A stretch of 64,000 nt of DNA, from assembly GCA_963749495.1 (NCBI GenBank), contig CAVVMW010000013.1, forward strand, positions 1 to 64,000, written 5' to 3'. Below are positions 21,275-31,838 of the stretch, piece after piece. The translations under genes were made by a program, and so were the position numbers. Position 1 is the stretch's first letter, and each line of letters opens with the position of its first letter. Origin of the DNA: an uncultured bacterium. GTDB lineage: Bacteria > Verrucomicrobiota > Verrucomicrobiia > Limisphaerales > UBA8199. The notes below the pieces were generated by a model. It made no database searches and was not told the origin of the DNA. It saw nothing but the letters and a program-made list of their open reading frames with translations.

Positions 21275-21965
21275 CCCTCCTCTGTAGACGTAGAGTTGGC
21301 CTTTTCCGGTCTCGTAGGAATGGTACACCACCGCGGCCTCGCCTTCCATCCAGCGCGGGTAGGCATACCAGATTGGCTTCCCTTCCTTGTTGGCAATCGC
21401 CTTCACGTTTGTGATCGTGCGCTTCTTCGGGTCGAAGTCCGCGATGTAGAGCGTTCGCCCCGGGTCTTTGTACTCGAATCCCGTCTGGAACTCGAAGCAG
21501 ACCTTCGTCTCGCTGGGGGACACGCTGATGCGGTCCAGCAGGCCCTTCTTCGCCAATTCGCAGTCAATGCGTTCATAGAGGGGCTTTCCGCCGACATGAC
21601 GTGTCATCAGGTAATAGCCCCAGCCTTGGGTCGGGTGTGCGGACGACACCAGAATCCTGCCGTTCGTGAGGCTCGAGCAGGCCCAGGTGTGGTGGCTGTC
21701 ATCGCTGATGGCGACCTCCTGGCCAGGTTGGTTGCGCACCTGGCTCCGCATCACGAAGAAGCCGCCTGTTTTGGGGTTCTTCCGGTTCCAGATTGGGGTG
21801 TTGAGCCCGTCCCGGGTCCAGGTTGGGTTGAAGTTCGCGACGGTGGCATCGGTCAATTGGTGAAATCCCGTGCCGTCCACGTTGATGATGCAAATGGCGC
21901 TCAGCCAGTTGACCGTCACGGGATCGTCTTTGTATCGGCGGAAGAAGACGAGTTTTTGTGGTGGG
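21275..21965 (-). pseudogene. TolB-like beta-propeller protein fragment
   Basis: INVDGTGFHQLT..NFNPTWTRDG, YPRW; both ends joined out of frame to other sequence. Confidence 0.6.
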
Positions 21966-22037
21966 ATGCAGCCCAGGTACTATTACCATGCGCAGGTTCA
22001 CGTGTTCCGTTCTCCTGAATTGTGCCTCGGCCGTCCC

Positions 22038-22517
22038 TCATTTCGCCAGCAATTCCTTCATTGCTTTGCCCAGCGCATCGCCGATGAGGAAATAGGTCTC
22101 CCCATTCTTGAACTCGTGATAGCCCTCCTGGGTCGGTGAAACTCCGTGTCGGCACCCAAACTCGCTAACGTCATAGACCCACACATCGTTTCGCCTCTCC
22201 GCCCAATCCCCGTTCGCATCCACCCAGTGCTTAAGCAGTAGAGCCTTCGCAGGATCTTTCAGCATGGAGATGAGCGTGGCAGGTTTCTCTTTGCCGTCCT
22301 TGTCCTTCATAGTCACGAGGCCCTGTCCCTGCATATTCGACTGACCGGCGAGGATGAACACTTTGACTGGGCTGCTCCCGGTTTGCTTCGGTGCCCGGCC
22401 AGCGGCGGGCGGCTGGCCCAGGACGGATGACGTGAGAAAAGCCAAGGCAGCGGCGGCGAAAGCGCCTATTTTGATCATTTCAGGTTTCATAAATGCCAGT
22501 GTCAGTTTTGTTCTCAT
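22038..22517 (-). pseudogene. SASA/CE6-like SGNH esterase with in-frame internal deletion
   Basis: VFILAGQSNM block and C-terminal GYH..NGETYFLIG present; the central W-x-QG block is absent; only 159 aa. Confidence 0.75.
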
Positions 22518-22646
22518 TTGTCAGGCTTCGTCTTTTGGATGGCGGGCAGACTCATTTGTCCGGGAAGAACCGGGCCTCGGCCCAGGAGCAGGCCAAATGG
22601 GTTAGCAACTGGGTTTTCATTTGCTCGCAGGCGGCCTATTTCAGGT

Positions 22647-24245
22647 TCATCGCGCGCAACCGCAAGACGAGGCACCGCACGCGGCCGCTTTCCGGGCGGC
22701 CAGTCTTTCTTCGATGGCCAGCGATGTCCGGGTAATGGACAGTCCGCCGAGAGCGGTACAGCGCAACTCCCTGGGCATCTGGCTGCCGACCCGTTGCGCC
22801 GTCTCAATGACTTCATCGAGCGGAATGACGGGATCGTAGTCGGCCAGGGCCATGTTCGCGCAGGAGAGCGCGTTGCTGGCCGCCAACACGTTCTTGCCGA
22901 GGCAGGGCACTTCGACGCGGTTGGCCACCGGGTCGCAGATCAGCCCGAGCATGCTTTGGAACGCCATCGACGCCCCAGCCAGCGCCTGCGACAGGGTTCC
23001 GTTTGCCAGCGTCACGAGCGCGGCGGCTGCCATGCTGGCAGCAGAACCGCCTTCCGCCTGACAGCCCCCAATTTCAGCCGCAAATGTCCACTTTGTGGCG
23101 ATGAAGGCGCCGATGAGGCCGCTGGCCAGCATCGCCTTCGCCATCTCTTCCTCCGCTAAGCCCATTTCCTCGGCGAGGGCGATCACGGCTCCCGGCAGCG
23201 CGGCGCACGCGCCGGCAGTAGGCGCGGCCACGATGACGCCCATGGAACTCTTGACCTCCATCAGCGCGGTGACGTACAGCACGATGCGATTGAGCGCGCC
23301 ACCGTTGAGCAGGCGGCCGCTACGCATCATCGCTTCGAACTCGCCGGATTGATGACCCAGAACGCGGTCATCGTATTTCGTGCCCGCGATGCCCTCTTGA
23401 ATGGAGCGGCGAAGGATGCCGACAATCTCCACCATCTTGGCGATCACCTCCACTTCGGTCAGATGCCCGCGCGCTTTTTCATATTCCACCGCCAGTTCCC
23501 AGAGCGGCGTGTTCCGCCCGGCGTCATAGCGCAACATTTCCTCGCACGTCGTGAAGGGGACGGACATGCCTCTGTGCGAGAGGACCGGAAGCACGGGGCT
23601 CAGCCGCCTAACTCGGCGAATCGCGAAGGTGTTTTGCAGCCCACCGATGGCCGTTTCCCCCACAAACCCCGGGGCCTTCACCTCCACCAACTGTCCGTCG
23701 GCCGATTCGTGCAGCAGGATTTCCTCCGCCTCTTCGAGCGCGGCCAACCGCTGCGCCAGCTTCTCTCCGCCGCTCTGGACCCACAACAACGTCTCGCAGC
23801 AGTCGCCCAAGATGGAAAGCCTAAAGCCATCAATGGCGATGACCTCCATCATGCCGCCCCCCGTGGAGATGGCGATGATCGAATGTTGGTCGCCCCGCGC
23901 GCTGCGAAGCGTGAGCCGATAAGTGTTGGGATGCGCGTCGTGAGCGTCCACCGTCTCGATCCGGAGGGTGACGCCCGCATCGCGCAGCGCCCGCGGGGAC
24001 TCGGGCAGACGCGCATCCGCCGCGTCCCACCCCAGCAGGCCGCCAAACAATCCCATGTCCGACCCCTGGCTCTCGTGCGTGGTGGGTAGCGAACCTTGAC
24101 GATCGAACTCCACCAGGACCTCCTGGAAGTCGGCGCCCATCAAGTCGCGCGCCAGCCGCCCGATGCGCAAGGCCGCGGCGCAGTGTGAACTCGAAGGCCC
24201 GCGCATGACGGGGCCGATGACATCGTTGAAAATGCTGACTATCAT
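22647..24245 (-). CDS. sdaA: Iron-sulfur L-serine ammonia-lyase, fused beta+alpha subunits
   Basis: IGPVMRGPSSSH, STGGG, IVAAPTAGAC, GGCQAE, LGLICDPV..VEVPC. Confidence 0.9.
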   Translation of the reverse strand: MIVSIFNDVIGPVMRGPSSSHCAAALRIGRLARDLMGADFQEVLVEFDRQGSLPTTHESQGSDMGLFGGLLGWDAADARLPESPRALRDAGVTLRIETVDAHDAHPNTYRLTLRSARGDQHSIIAISTGGGMMEVIAIDGFRLSILGDCCETLLWVQSGGEKLAQRLAALEEAEEILLHESADGQLVEVKAPGFVGETAIGGLQNTFAIRRVRRLSPVLPVLSHRGMSVPFTTCEEMLRYDAGRNTPLWELAVEYEKARGHLTEVEVIAKMVEIVGILRRSIQEGIAGTKYDDRVLGHQSGEFEAMMRSGRLLNGGALNRIVLYVTALMEVKSSMGVIVAAPTAGACAALPGAVIALAEEMGLAEEEMAKAMLASGLIGAFIATKWTFAAEIGGCQAEGGSAASMAAAALVTLANGTLSQALAGASMAFQSMLGLICDPVANRVEVPCLGKNVLAASNALSCANMALADYDPVIPLDEVIETAQRVGSQMPRELRCTALGGLSITRTSLAIEERLAARKAAACGASSCGCAR

Positions 24246-24320
24246 AATGGAGACTAAGTTTGATGCGTGGGCCAATGGGTCACCGCTCCGGATGCCGTCT
24301 CTTGTTGTCGCTTGCTCGGA

Positions 24321-27300
24321 TCATTCGACCGTCCACTTGAAGGTCTCGCCTTTGGCAATTTTCACGTCCCGGCTCTCGTTCCCAAAACGCAGGCGGCAAG
24401 GATTGCCCTCTTGGGACCGGACCACCGCTTCCACGAGCATCCCGTCCCGCCATCGTATGTCCACCTCGAACCCGCCGCGGGCGCGGAGGCCGCTGACCTT
24501 TCCTTCGGCCCAGGCCTTGGGCAGCGCCGGCAGGAGGTGAATTTCCCCGGCATGGGATTGCAGCAGCATCTCGGCGATGGCGGCGGTTGCGCCGAAGGCG
24601 CCTTCCACCTGCGGAGCCGAGAAGCACATGGAGAAAAGGTTGGGGCAGGTTTGCCGGGCGACGAGGTTGGCCAGGCAGACGTTGGCATGTTCGCCCTCCA
24701 GCAGCCGCGCCCAGCACGCGGCTTTCCAAGCCATGCCAAACCCGGTGCCGGCATCGCCGCGCTGGTTCAGCGAAACCTTGGCCGCCGCCGCGAGTTCCGG
24801 AGTGCCTCGCGGCGTGATCTGCGCGCTGGGGTACACCCCGTAAAGATGCGAGATGTGCCGGTGCTTGGGCTCAAGGTCGCCCCAGTCCTGAATCCATTCC
24901 TGCAAATTGCCCAGCATGCCAACCTGCATGGGAGCGAGCAGGGCTCGGGCACGGCTGACTCTCTTGCCGAACGCCGCGTCCAGGTTCAGCACTTTTCCCG
25001 CCTCCACGCAGGCCGCGAACAAGTCACGCAGAATCTGCATATCGATCGTGGAACCGGCGCAGATGGTGGTGCCAGGCAGATCGATGCCGGTGTACGAATC
25101 GTGATAGGCGTGGTTGCCGAACCAGGCTGGAAAATTCTCCGGCGAAGTCGAGGGACAGGTCACCAGCCATTTCGTGTCCGGATATTTCACCAACGTGTCG
25201 AGGAAGAACTCGGCCGAGCCTTTGAGCAACGGATAGACTCGGCGGAGATATCCTTTGTCTCCCGTGAAAAGATAGTGTTCCCACAGGTGGGTGCAGAGCC
25301 ACGCCCCGCCGACGGAGAAGGTGCCCCAGGTTGGCCCATCCATCGGCGCGGCGGCCCGCCATTGGTCGGTATTCTGGTGAAACACCCAGCCCCGCGCCCC
25401 GTAGTGGATGGCGGCCACACGGCGGCCGGTCTCGGACAACTCCTCCACCATCCGCACCAACGGTTCCACGCACTCCGGCAAAGCGCCCACTTCGGCCGGC
25501 CAGTAGTTCATCTCCAGGTTGATGTTGGACGTGAATTTGCCCTCCCAGGCCGGGTTCATGTCTTCGTTCCAGATGCCCTGGAGGTTGGCGGGTTGACAGC
25601 CCGGACGGCTACTGCCCAGCAGCAAATAGCGGCCATACTGAAACATCAGGGCCAGGAGCTGCGGATCCTGGTGCGGATCATACGCGCGCAGGCGTTCATC
25701 CGTCGGCCGCGTCGAGGCCTGGCTGGCGGGCAAACTCAAACTAACGCGGCGGAACAACTGCTGGTGCGCCTCGATATGCCGGGTTCGCAGCCGGTCATAG
25801 GTTCGGCTACCGACCCAGTCTATCGACTCCTTGGCCACCTTCTCCGGATCGCCGCTCAGGTCGTCGTAGCGTTTGAAATTGGTGGCAGCGACGATGAGCA
25901 GCAGCGCCGAGTTGGCGCCCTCAACCGACACGGCGTTGGTGCTTGTCGCGAGCGTGCCGCCATCGTTCACGACTCGGACCCGGCCGACATAACGGACGCG
26001 GCCCCTGATGTCGCAGGAAGATGCCGTGGTGCCCCGCAGCACCAATTGTCCATCTGGCAAGACCTCGGTGGAGAACGTTTCATCGCCCGGCGGGTTGGTG
26101 TTCCGAATGCCTGCGAGCTTCGCGCTGAAGGAAATCGTGCCCGGCTTGTCCGCGGTCAGACGAACCACGATCACCTGGTCCACCGGGCTGGCGAAGACCT
26201 CGCGCTGAAAAGTCACCTCGCCCACGCGATAGGAAACGTCGGCGATCGCCGTGTCGAGGTCCAGTCGGCGGCGGTAGTCGGTGGCGTTCGTGTGGCCGGA
26301 GAATTCGAGGAACAGGTTCCCCAACGGCTGATATTTCATTTGGTCCGGTTTACCCATCATCGTCTTGGCAAACAGGGCCTCGGCCTCGAAGTACTTCCCC
26401 GCAAAGACCAACCGCCGGATCTCCGGCAACGCCTTCGCCCCGCCTGGAAGAGTCGGATCATAGGGTCCGCCCGTCCAGATTGTCTGCTCGTTGAGTTGCA
26501 GGCGCTCGCTCCCGATGCCGCCGAACACCATGGCGCCCAGCCGCCCATTGCCCACCGGGAGGGCCTCGGACCATTTCGCCGCCGGCCTGGCATACCACAG
26601 GACAGTTGCCGCCTGCTCGGAACTGATGGGCTTGAGCCGCGTCCGCCCGGCGTCTTTGACCGACGTGACCACCTTGCCCGCCACTGGTCCCCAGATTGCC
26701 TGCATCAGCTCCAGGATCTCCGGTTCGGCGCTCAACAACTCGGCGCGGTTAAAGGGGAAGAAATCGTTCTCCCCGAAGTAGGTCTCGGTCATCTCGGCGA
26801 AGAATTCTTTGTGATCAGTCAACCCGTAGTGCCGGACGCGCTCGCCGTTGAAGAGCAACGCCGCGTCGCCATGGCCGCTCTTTTTGAAGCGCTCGTACGC
26901 TGTCAGGATGCGCGGGTCCTCGAACCCGAGCACCTGGTCGTGATAGGCGTGAGCCAGTTCGTGCAGGACGACCCACGGTTGCTCGTTGATGTTGCGCGGA
27001 GTCGCCAATTCGGCGGCCACGGGGATGTGGACGCACTGAACCAGGTTGGTCGAATAGCCGTTTTCCTCCAGCCAATCCGCGCTAGGATGATACTGCATCG
27101 AGCTCAGCTTCCCGTGGCTGAGATCGAGCACGATGGGGACCGTCTGCAGCCTGGCCAGAGGTCCAGCCGCCACGACGGCCTTGATATCGGCCAGCTTACA
27201 CTCCAGAAATCGCAGCGCGCCCGCGCCCAGCGCTTCATTGGGCGGGGCCAGCAGGCGATCGTCCACGCGCACCGTCCAGCCTTCCACGCGGCGAATGCTG

Positions 27301-27401
27301 TGCGAGGCGGGTTTCGCCGGCTGGGCGAGGACCGGATCGCTGAGGACGACCCCTGCGGCGGCGCAAAGGATCAAGGGAGATACTCTGCGTTTCAATTTCA
27401 A
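24321..27401 (-). CDS. In-frame fusion: HExxH zinc metallopeptidase-like domain + complete GH95 glycoside hydrolase
   Basis: Signal peptide, VLHELAHAYH..EFFAE; then WSEALPVGNGRLG, FQYGRYLL, NINLEMNYW, SPEN, HRHISHLYG. Confidence 0.85.
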   Translation of the reverse strand: MKLKRRVSPLILCAAAGVVLSDPVLAQPAKPASHSIRRVEGWTVRVDDRLLAPPNEALGAGALRFLECKLADIKAVVAAGPLARLQTVPIVLDLSHGKLSSMQYHPSADWLEENGYSTNLVQCVHIPVAAELATPRNINEQPWVVLHELAHAYHDQVLGFEDPRILTAYERFKKSGHGDAALLFNGERVRHYGLTDHKEFFAEMTETYFGENDFFPFNRAELLSAEPEILELMQAIWGPVAGKVVTSVKDAGRTRLKPISSEQAATVLWYARPAAKWSEALPVGNGRLGAMVFGGIGSERLQLNEQTIWTGGPYDPTLPGGAKALPEIRRLVFAGKYFEAEALFAKTMMGKPDQMKYQPLGNLFLEFSGHTNATDYRRRLDLDTAIADVSYRVGEVTFQREVFASPVDQVIVVRLTADKPGTISFSAKLAGIRNTNPPGDETFSTEVLPDGQLVLRGTTASSCDIRGRVRYVGRVRVVNDGGTLATSTNAVSVEGANSALLLIVAATNFKRYDDLSGDPEKVAKESIDWVGSRTYDRLRTRHIEAHQQLFRRVSLSLPASQASTRPTDERLRAYDPHQDPQLLALMFQYGRYLLLGSSRPGCQPANLQGIWNEDMNPAWEGKFTSNINLEMNYWPAEVGALPECVEPLVRMVEELSETGRRVAAIHYGARGWVFHQNTDQWRAAAPMDGPTWGTFSVGGAWLCTHLWEHYLFTGDKGYLRRVYPLLKGSAEFFLDTLVKYPDTKWLVTCPSTSPENFPAWFGNHAYHDSYTGIDLPGTTICAGSTIDMQILRDLFAACVEAGKVLNLDAAFGKRVSRARALLAPMQVGMLGNLQEWIQDWGDLEPKHRHISHLYGVYPSAQITPRGTPELAAAAKVSLNQRGDAGTGFGMAWKAACWARLLEGEHANVCLANLVARQTCPNLFSMCFSAPQVEGAFGATAAIAEMLLQSHAGEIHLLPALPKAWAEGKVSGLRARGGFEVDIRWRDGMLVEAVVRSQEGNPCRLRFGNESRDVKIAKGETFKWTVE

Positions 27402-27452
27402 GCAACTACCCTTTTGTTGAGTGAGCTTGTTCCGAACGTCTGTTCACAGTAA

Positions 27453-28881
27453 CTAGTTTTTCTTGTAAACATCAAATTCATAAATGGACCAGTGATACGT
27501 CGTGTTCGTGCCCGTCTGCGTCACCCGGATGTAGCGCGCAGTCTGCGCCGGGAAGGTGATCGTGGTAATGCCCAACTGACCAAAACCCGTGGCTACGGGA
27601 TTTCCCCAGTCGGCGCCGTCGTTGGATACCGATACGGAATACTTGTCCGGCGAATCCCAAAGCGCCCAGGTCGTATCGAGCACGATTTTGTCAAAGGTCC
27701 GCGCTGCCTTCATATCAACCTGGAACCATTGCCCGGGATATTGGGTTCGGGTCATGTCGCGCCACCCGGTCCAATGGTCGCCATCAATGGCGTTGGCTGC
27801 GGAGACATCGATCGGGATTTTGTCGCCACTAAATGACTGCCATGGCGTTGGCCCGGTCATCCGGGGTGGCCACCTGCGAAGACATGTAATAGCCGCCCTT
27901 CCAATATCGGCTGTCGAACGTGCTCTTGATGCTCTCGAGCTTTGCATCGATGAGCGCGACGTCGGCGTCGTGTCCGGTCAGGAGAGCCATTTTTCTCAGC
28001 GTCTCCAGGCAGTCGTAGTAGAAACACGTCTCGATCACCGCCGTGTCCTTGACTTCCTTTCCCCAGTCAAACCAGGTCCCCCGGTTGCCGAATTTGTAGC
28101 TCTCGAAAAGGAAGGTCCTGGTCTGGTCATAGACGGCGCGAATGGATTCCCGATCCCCGGTCTGCAAATAGTAGAACCAGAGCCCATACCTGCCGAGGAA
28201 TTCAAGGTGTTGACCGGGATAGAACCTGGGCTCCAGTTTCCGCAGGACGAGTTCGTTGCACAGTTGATGCGAGTCGGAATCGAAGAGGTAAAAGCACTGG
28301 TCCAGTTCCGGAGTTCCATCTCCCCAAAACCCGACCCGCTCGCGGTCCGGGCAATCATAGAAATGGTCCCTCATGCAGATGTAGGCGGTCCTGGCCGCCT
28401 TTTTCCAGAGGATGTTATAATCGTTGTCGTTGCACTCAAACGAGCCGGCGAACGTGGTGTCATAACCCGTCTCGCGGTACTTGGCGGCTTTTATGGTGAC
28501 GCCTGCCGGGATCGTGTAAATGGCCCCTTCACCGCTCACCCAGTTTTTCGCCTCGTAGGCCTGATTGCCGGAGCCTGTCTTGCAGGTCTCGGTTTTGGTC
28601 AGGTAGAGCACCAGTGGGTTGCTCGAGTCAAAGCGGATCACTTTGCCTTCCGGAGCGTCGGCTTCGATCCACGGTTGAAAATGGCAGTTGTAGTGGATCG
28701 TGCAGACCAGCTTCCAGGGTTCGCTTTCCGCATGGGGCAGATCCTTCGAGAGGGAAACATAATCTCTTAGCCCGTAATCCTTGATCGCCGCCAACCCCTG
28801 TGTTGCGAACAGCGCGGCCGTCGCCAGTATGAATGCCAGTTTGTGGTGTCTCATGCCAAGGCTGGGTTGCGTGGAGTTCAT
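27453..28881 (-). pseudogene. GH78-like (alpha/alpha)6 protein 5' part joined out of frame to an F5/8 type C (CBM32-like) C-terminus
   Basis: FYDCPDRER..WGD in ORF 27829-28914; AIDGD..W, QWFQVDM, ARYIRV, WSIYE in ORF 27453-27947; junction ~27835. Confidence 0.75.
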
Positions 28882-28918
28882 GGTGTCCCGCTCCTTCCTT
28901 GATGCCGCGCCCATAGGT

Positions 28919-31114
28919 TTAGCGCTGCGGCTTCTCGATCAGGCTGATGATGCCAACATCAATGTACTGGCCGCCCTGAGTTTGGTGACAGTGGACGGCG
29001 AAGACGTTCTTGCCGGGTCGGAGCGCGGCGCAGCCCTCGGGCGTCAGCGGCAGTTCCTCGTAATCGGTGGTGTAGCCACCTGCCTTGCCGGCGAGCACGC
29101 CGTTAATGTAAACCTCGACGTCCTCATCGTGGTGCACGAGCAGGTACGGGTTCTCGAGCTTCCCGGTCGGCCCGTCGAACGAGCGACGCAACCAAATGTC
29201 GTCGTTCTTCCATTCGGTCCGGACGATCGCGCCGGGTGTGCCCTTGGTGCCGAAGCCGCCCACACCCTCCTTCCAAGCCGAGTCGTCGAAGCCCGGCCGG
29301 AACCAATCGCCGGCCGGTTTTTCGATGACATAACGCCAACGGACGCCGTTCTGCTGGGACGTGGGGACGATTTCTTTGACCTCGGGCGGCGGGGGGAATT
29401 TGCCGAGATTGGCATTGGCGGCGCGTTCCAGGTCCACCTTGACCACCTCGCGATCGTAGGTGAGCAGGCCGTTGCACTCGGTTTCGACGTCGGTGATCTG
29501 GGTGTAGATGACGGCGCCAAGACCGGGGTTGTCCTTCAGCGCCCACGCTTTGGTGAGCAGCTTGACGTAGCTGCGGGTGAGGTCTTCCTGGCTGGACATG
29601 CCTTTATAGCCCCACGTTTGCTTGGTCCAAGTGTGACCGTCCACACCCAGGCCAAGCCCGCCGAATTCGCCCAGCACGGCGGCGCGGGTTGCCTCCGGCT
29701 TCGGCGAGCCGGGACCGGGATACTTGTGCATGTCAATCACGTCGCCGCATTTCTGATCGGTCCACCCGCTGGCGTTGTTGACGAGCCGGCTCGGGTCCAT
29801 TTTCTTCACCCAGGCCGTCAGTCGCTCGGTGTCGTACTGGCCCCAGCCTTCGTTGAACACGACCCACATGATGATCGACGGATGCGTCCAGCGGCCCTCG
29901 ATCAGGTTCTTCAACTCGACCTCGAACTGTTTCTTCGCCTCGGCGTTGCCATTGCCGCCGGCGGCCATGTCCTGCCAGACCAGCAGGCCAAGCCTGTCGC
30001 ACCAGTAATACCAGCGGTCCGGCTCGACCTTGACGTGTTTACGGGTGCAGTTCATGCCGAGATTCTTCGTGATCTTGACGTCAAACTTCAACGCCTCGTC
30101 CGTCGGCGCCGTGTAGATGCCATCGGGCCAAAAGCCCTGGTCCAGCGGACCGACTTGGAAGACAAACTTGCCATTGAGCATGAGGCGGTTGACCCCCGCG
30201 TCGTCTTTGGCGATGGCGATCTTACGCATGCCGAAGTAGCTGGTGACAGCATCCTGCCCCATTTTGATGCTCAAGTCATACAGGAACGGGTCGTCCGGCG
30301 ACCACAAGTGGGGATTGGGGATCGGCAGCGTCAATTCCTCGCCAGGCTTGCCTCTCACGCGCGCAACCTCCTTGCCGGCTTCCAATGCCACGGCGACAAC
30401 GCTGACGGCTTCTTCGATGGGGCCATGGAAGCGCGCGTTGACTTTCACCCGCACCGTACCTTCATCCAGATCAGGCGTGATTTGGAGCGATTCGATTCCA
30501 GCCTCGGGCACCGGCTCCAGCCAAACCGTCTGCCAGATGCCCGAAGATGGGGTGTACATGATGCCGCCCGGTTTGAGCACTTGCTTGCCGTGCGGTTGCT
30601 GGCCCGCATCGGTCGGGTCGAACACTTCGACCGTCAGTTCCTGCGGGCCGGATGGCGTGAGCGCGTCAGTGATGTCGAAGCTGAACCCGTCGTAGCCGCC
30701 GCGGTGCGTGCCGAGTTCCTTGCCGTTGACAGACACTTTCGCCTCCCAATCCACTGCGCCGAAATGCAGCAGTACGCGCTGACGAGCCCATGCCTTGGGC
30801 ACCTCGAAAGTACGCCGGTAGGTCAGCCGGTCGCTGTGTTTCATCACGCCCGACAGCGCCGACTCGACCGGGTACGGCACGAGGATCTTCGCGCCGGCGC
30901 CGTCGGCGAGCTTGAGGTCCCAGAGGCCGTTCAGGTTCAGCCAGTCTCGGCGGACCATTTGCATCCGTGGATATTCCGGGAGCGCGTTCCCGGGCGAGAC
31001 ATCCTTGGCCCAGCGCGTCTTGAGCGGGCCGTCGCACGCCTGCCAGTCTTGGGCTTGAACGTGGTTGCCGTTGGTCAGGAGGACAATTCCGAGGATGGCG
31101 AGCTGTGCTTTCAT
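28919..31114 (-). CDS. GH2 glycoside hydrolase, secreted
   Basis: YPRMQM..WLNLNGLW, LHFGAVDW, SGIWQTVWLE, RKHVK, FNEGWGQ, GEFGG. Confidence 0.9.
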   Translation of the reverse strand: MKAQLAILGIVLLTNGNHVQAQDWQACDGPLKTRWAKDVSPGNALPEYPRMQMVRRDWLNLNGLWDLKLADGAGAKILVPYPVESALSGVMKHSDRLTYRRTFEVPKAWARQRVLLHFGAVDWEAKVSVNGKELGTHRGGYDGFSFDITDALTPSGPQELTVEVFDPTDAGQQPHGKQVLKPGGIMYTPSSGIWQTVWLEPVPEAGIESLQITPDLDEGTVRVKVNARFHGPIEEAVSVVAVALEAGKEVARVRGKPGEELTLPIPNPHLWSPDDPFLYDLSIKMGQDAVTSYFGMRKIAIAKDDAGVNRLMLNGKFVFQVGPLDQGFWPDGIYTAPTDEALKFDVKITKNLGMNCTRKHVKVEPDRWYYWCDRLGLLVWQDMAAGGNGNAEAKKQFEVELKNLIEGRWTHPSIIMWVVFNEGWGQYDTERLTAWVKKMDPSRLVNNASGWTDQKCGDVIDMHKYPGPGSPKPEATRAAVLGEFGGLGLGVDGHTWTKQTWGYKGMSSQEDLTRSYVKLLTKAWALKDNPGLGAVIYTQITDVETECNGLLTYDREVVKVDLERAANANLGKFPPPPEVKEIVPTSQQNGVRWRYVIEKPAGDWFRPGFDDSAWKEGVGGFGTKGTPGAIVRTEWKNDDIWLRRSFDGPTGKLENPYLLVHHDEDVEVYINGVLAGKAGGYTTDYEELPLTPEGCAALRPGKNVFAVHCHQTQGGQYIDVGIISLIEKPQR

Positions 31115-31248
31115 TTGCGTTTCCCGGCCGACAGTTTGCCGGTAGTTCGCCTGAAGAAAAGGCAAAATCAGAAAGGCTGAACGCCTCCCGCCGGCCGCCT
31201 TCTTCCTGCGTCGAGCGGTTACGTTCACAACCGTGGGGCTGTCGAATG

Positions 31249-31453
31249 AGTAGCATCCAGCCTGAGGCCGAGATTTACCCTGTTTTTACCCTTCTGAGTT
31301 CAACCCGCACGTTCCCGCCTGAACCCGCACTTCGATTTTTGCTCAGAAAACCCGCTGTTTTCCTAAGGAAAACGGGGCTTCTTCTGACTTCGGATCAGAC
31401 TGTTGGGGGTTCGAGTCCCTCCGGACGCGCCATTGATAATCAACGACTTACGA
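31249..31453 (+). repeat. att-like junction copy 1 (direct repeat of 61499-61703)
   Basis: Colinear with copy 2 at offset 30,250; 31336-31399 identical to 61586-61649. Confidence 0.9.
31383..31432 (+). tRNA. 3' half of tRNA-Arg(UCG) (fragment)
   Basis: Anticodon arm TCTGA-CTTCGGA-TCAGA, T-arm GGGGG-TTCGAGT-CCCTC, GCCA end; no D-arm or 5' acceptor strand upstream. Confidence 0.85.
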
Positions 31454-31838
31454 AGTAAGTCCCGATTCGATGTTTCTTCACTGTCCGGTTTCTGTCCGCT
31501 TTTTCGGGTTCTGAACTCCCCTTTTGCCTGTCTTGGGTCGGAGTGGAGAGGCAACGCCAGCGCGGCCACTCCTGGAAACGCTCGAAGACGCACGCTACTA
31601 GGTCTTGCAGCCCAACGCGTTGGGGGTCAACTGCGACTGCTCGACCCAGAGGCCCGGCCAAAAGCGCGCGCCTGTACCTAATTTCCAACCGCGAAGGGTC
31701 GTTGCCGATTCTGATTGGCCTGTGGCGGCGCACAGCCTCGCGCCACCTCGGTATCTGATCCAGAGGGCCTGCGGAACGCGGGTATATTCAGAAGGACTTT
31801 GGCATTGCCGCAGTCATTCTCCCTGAGATAACTTGGCA

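Noticed and set aside
24267..27452. 1061-aa plus-strand ORF (also 7429-9111, 10529-12100, 28781-31180, 56268-57725)
   Set aside because: Antisense shadows of clear minus-strand genes, expected at high GC; no recognisable motifs.
31383..31432. Functional or split tRNA genes
   Set aside because: The 3' halves are Arg(UCG) and the 5' half is CAU, so they cannot be joined; the context fits att scars.
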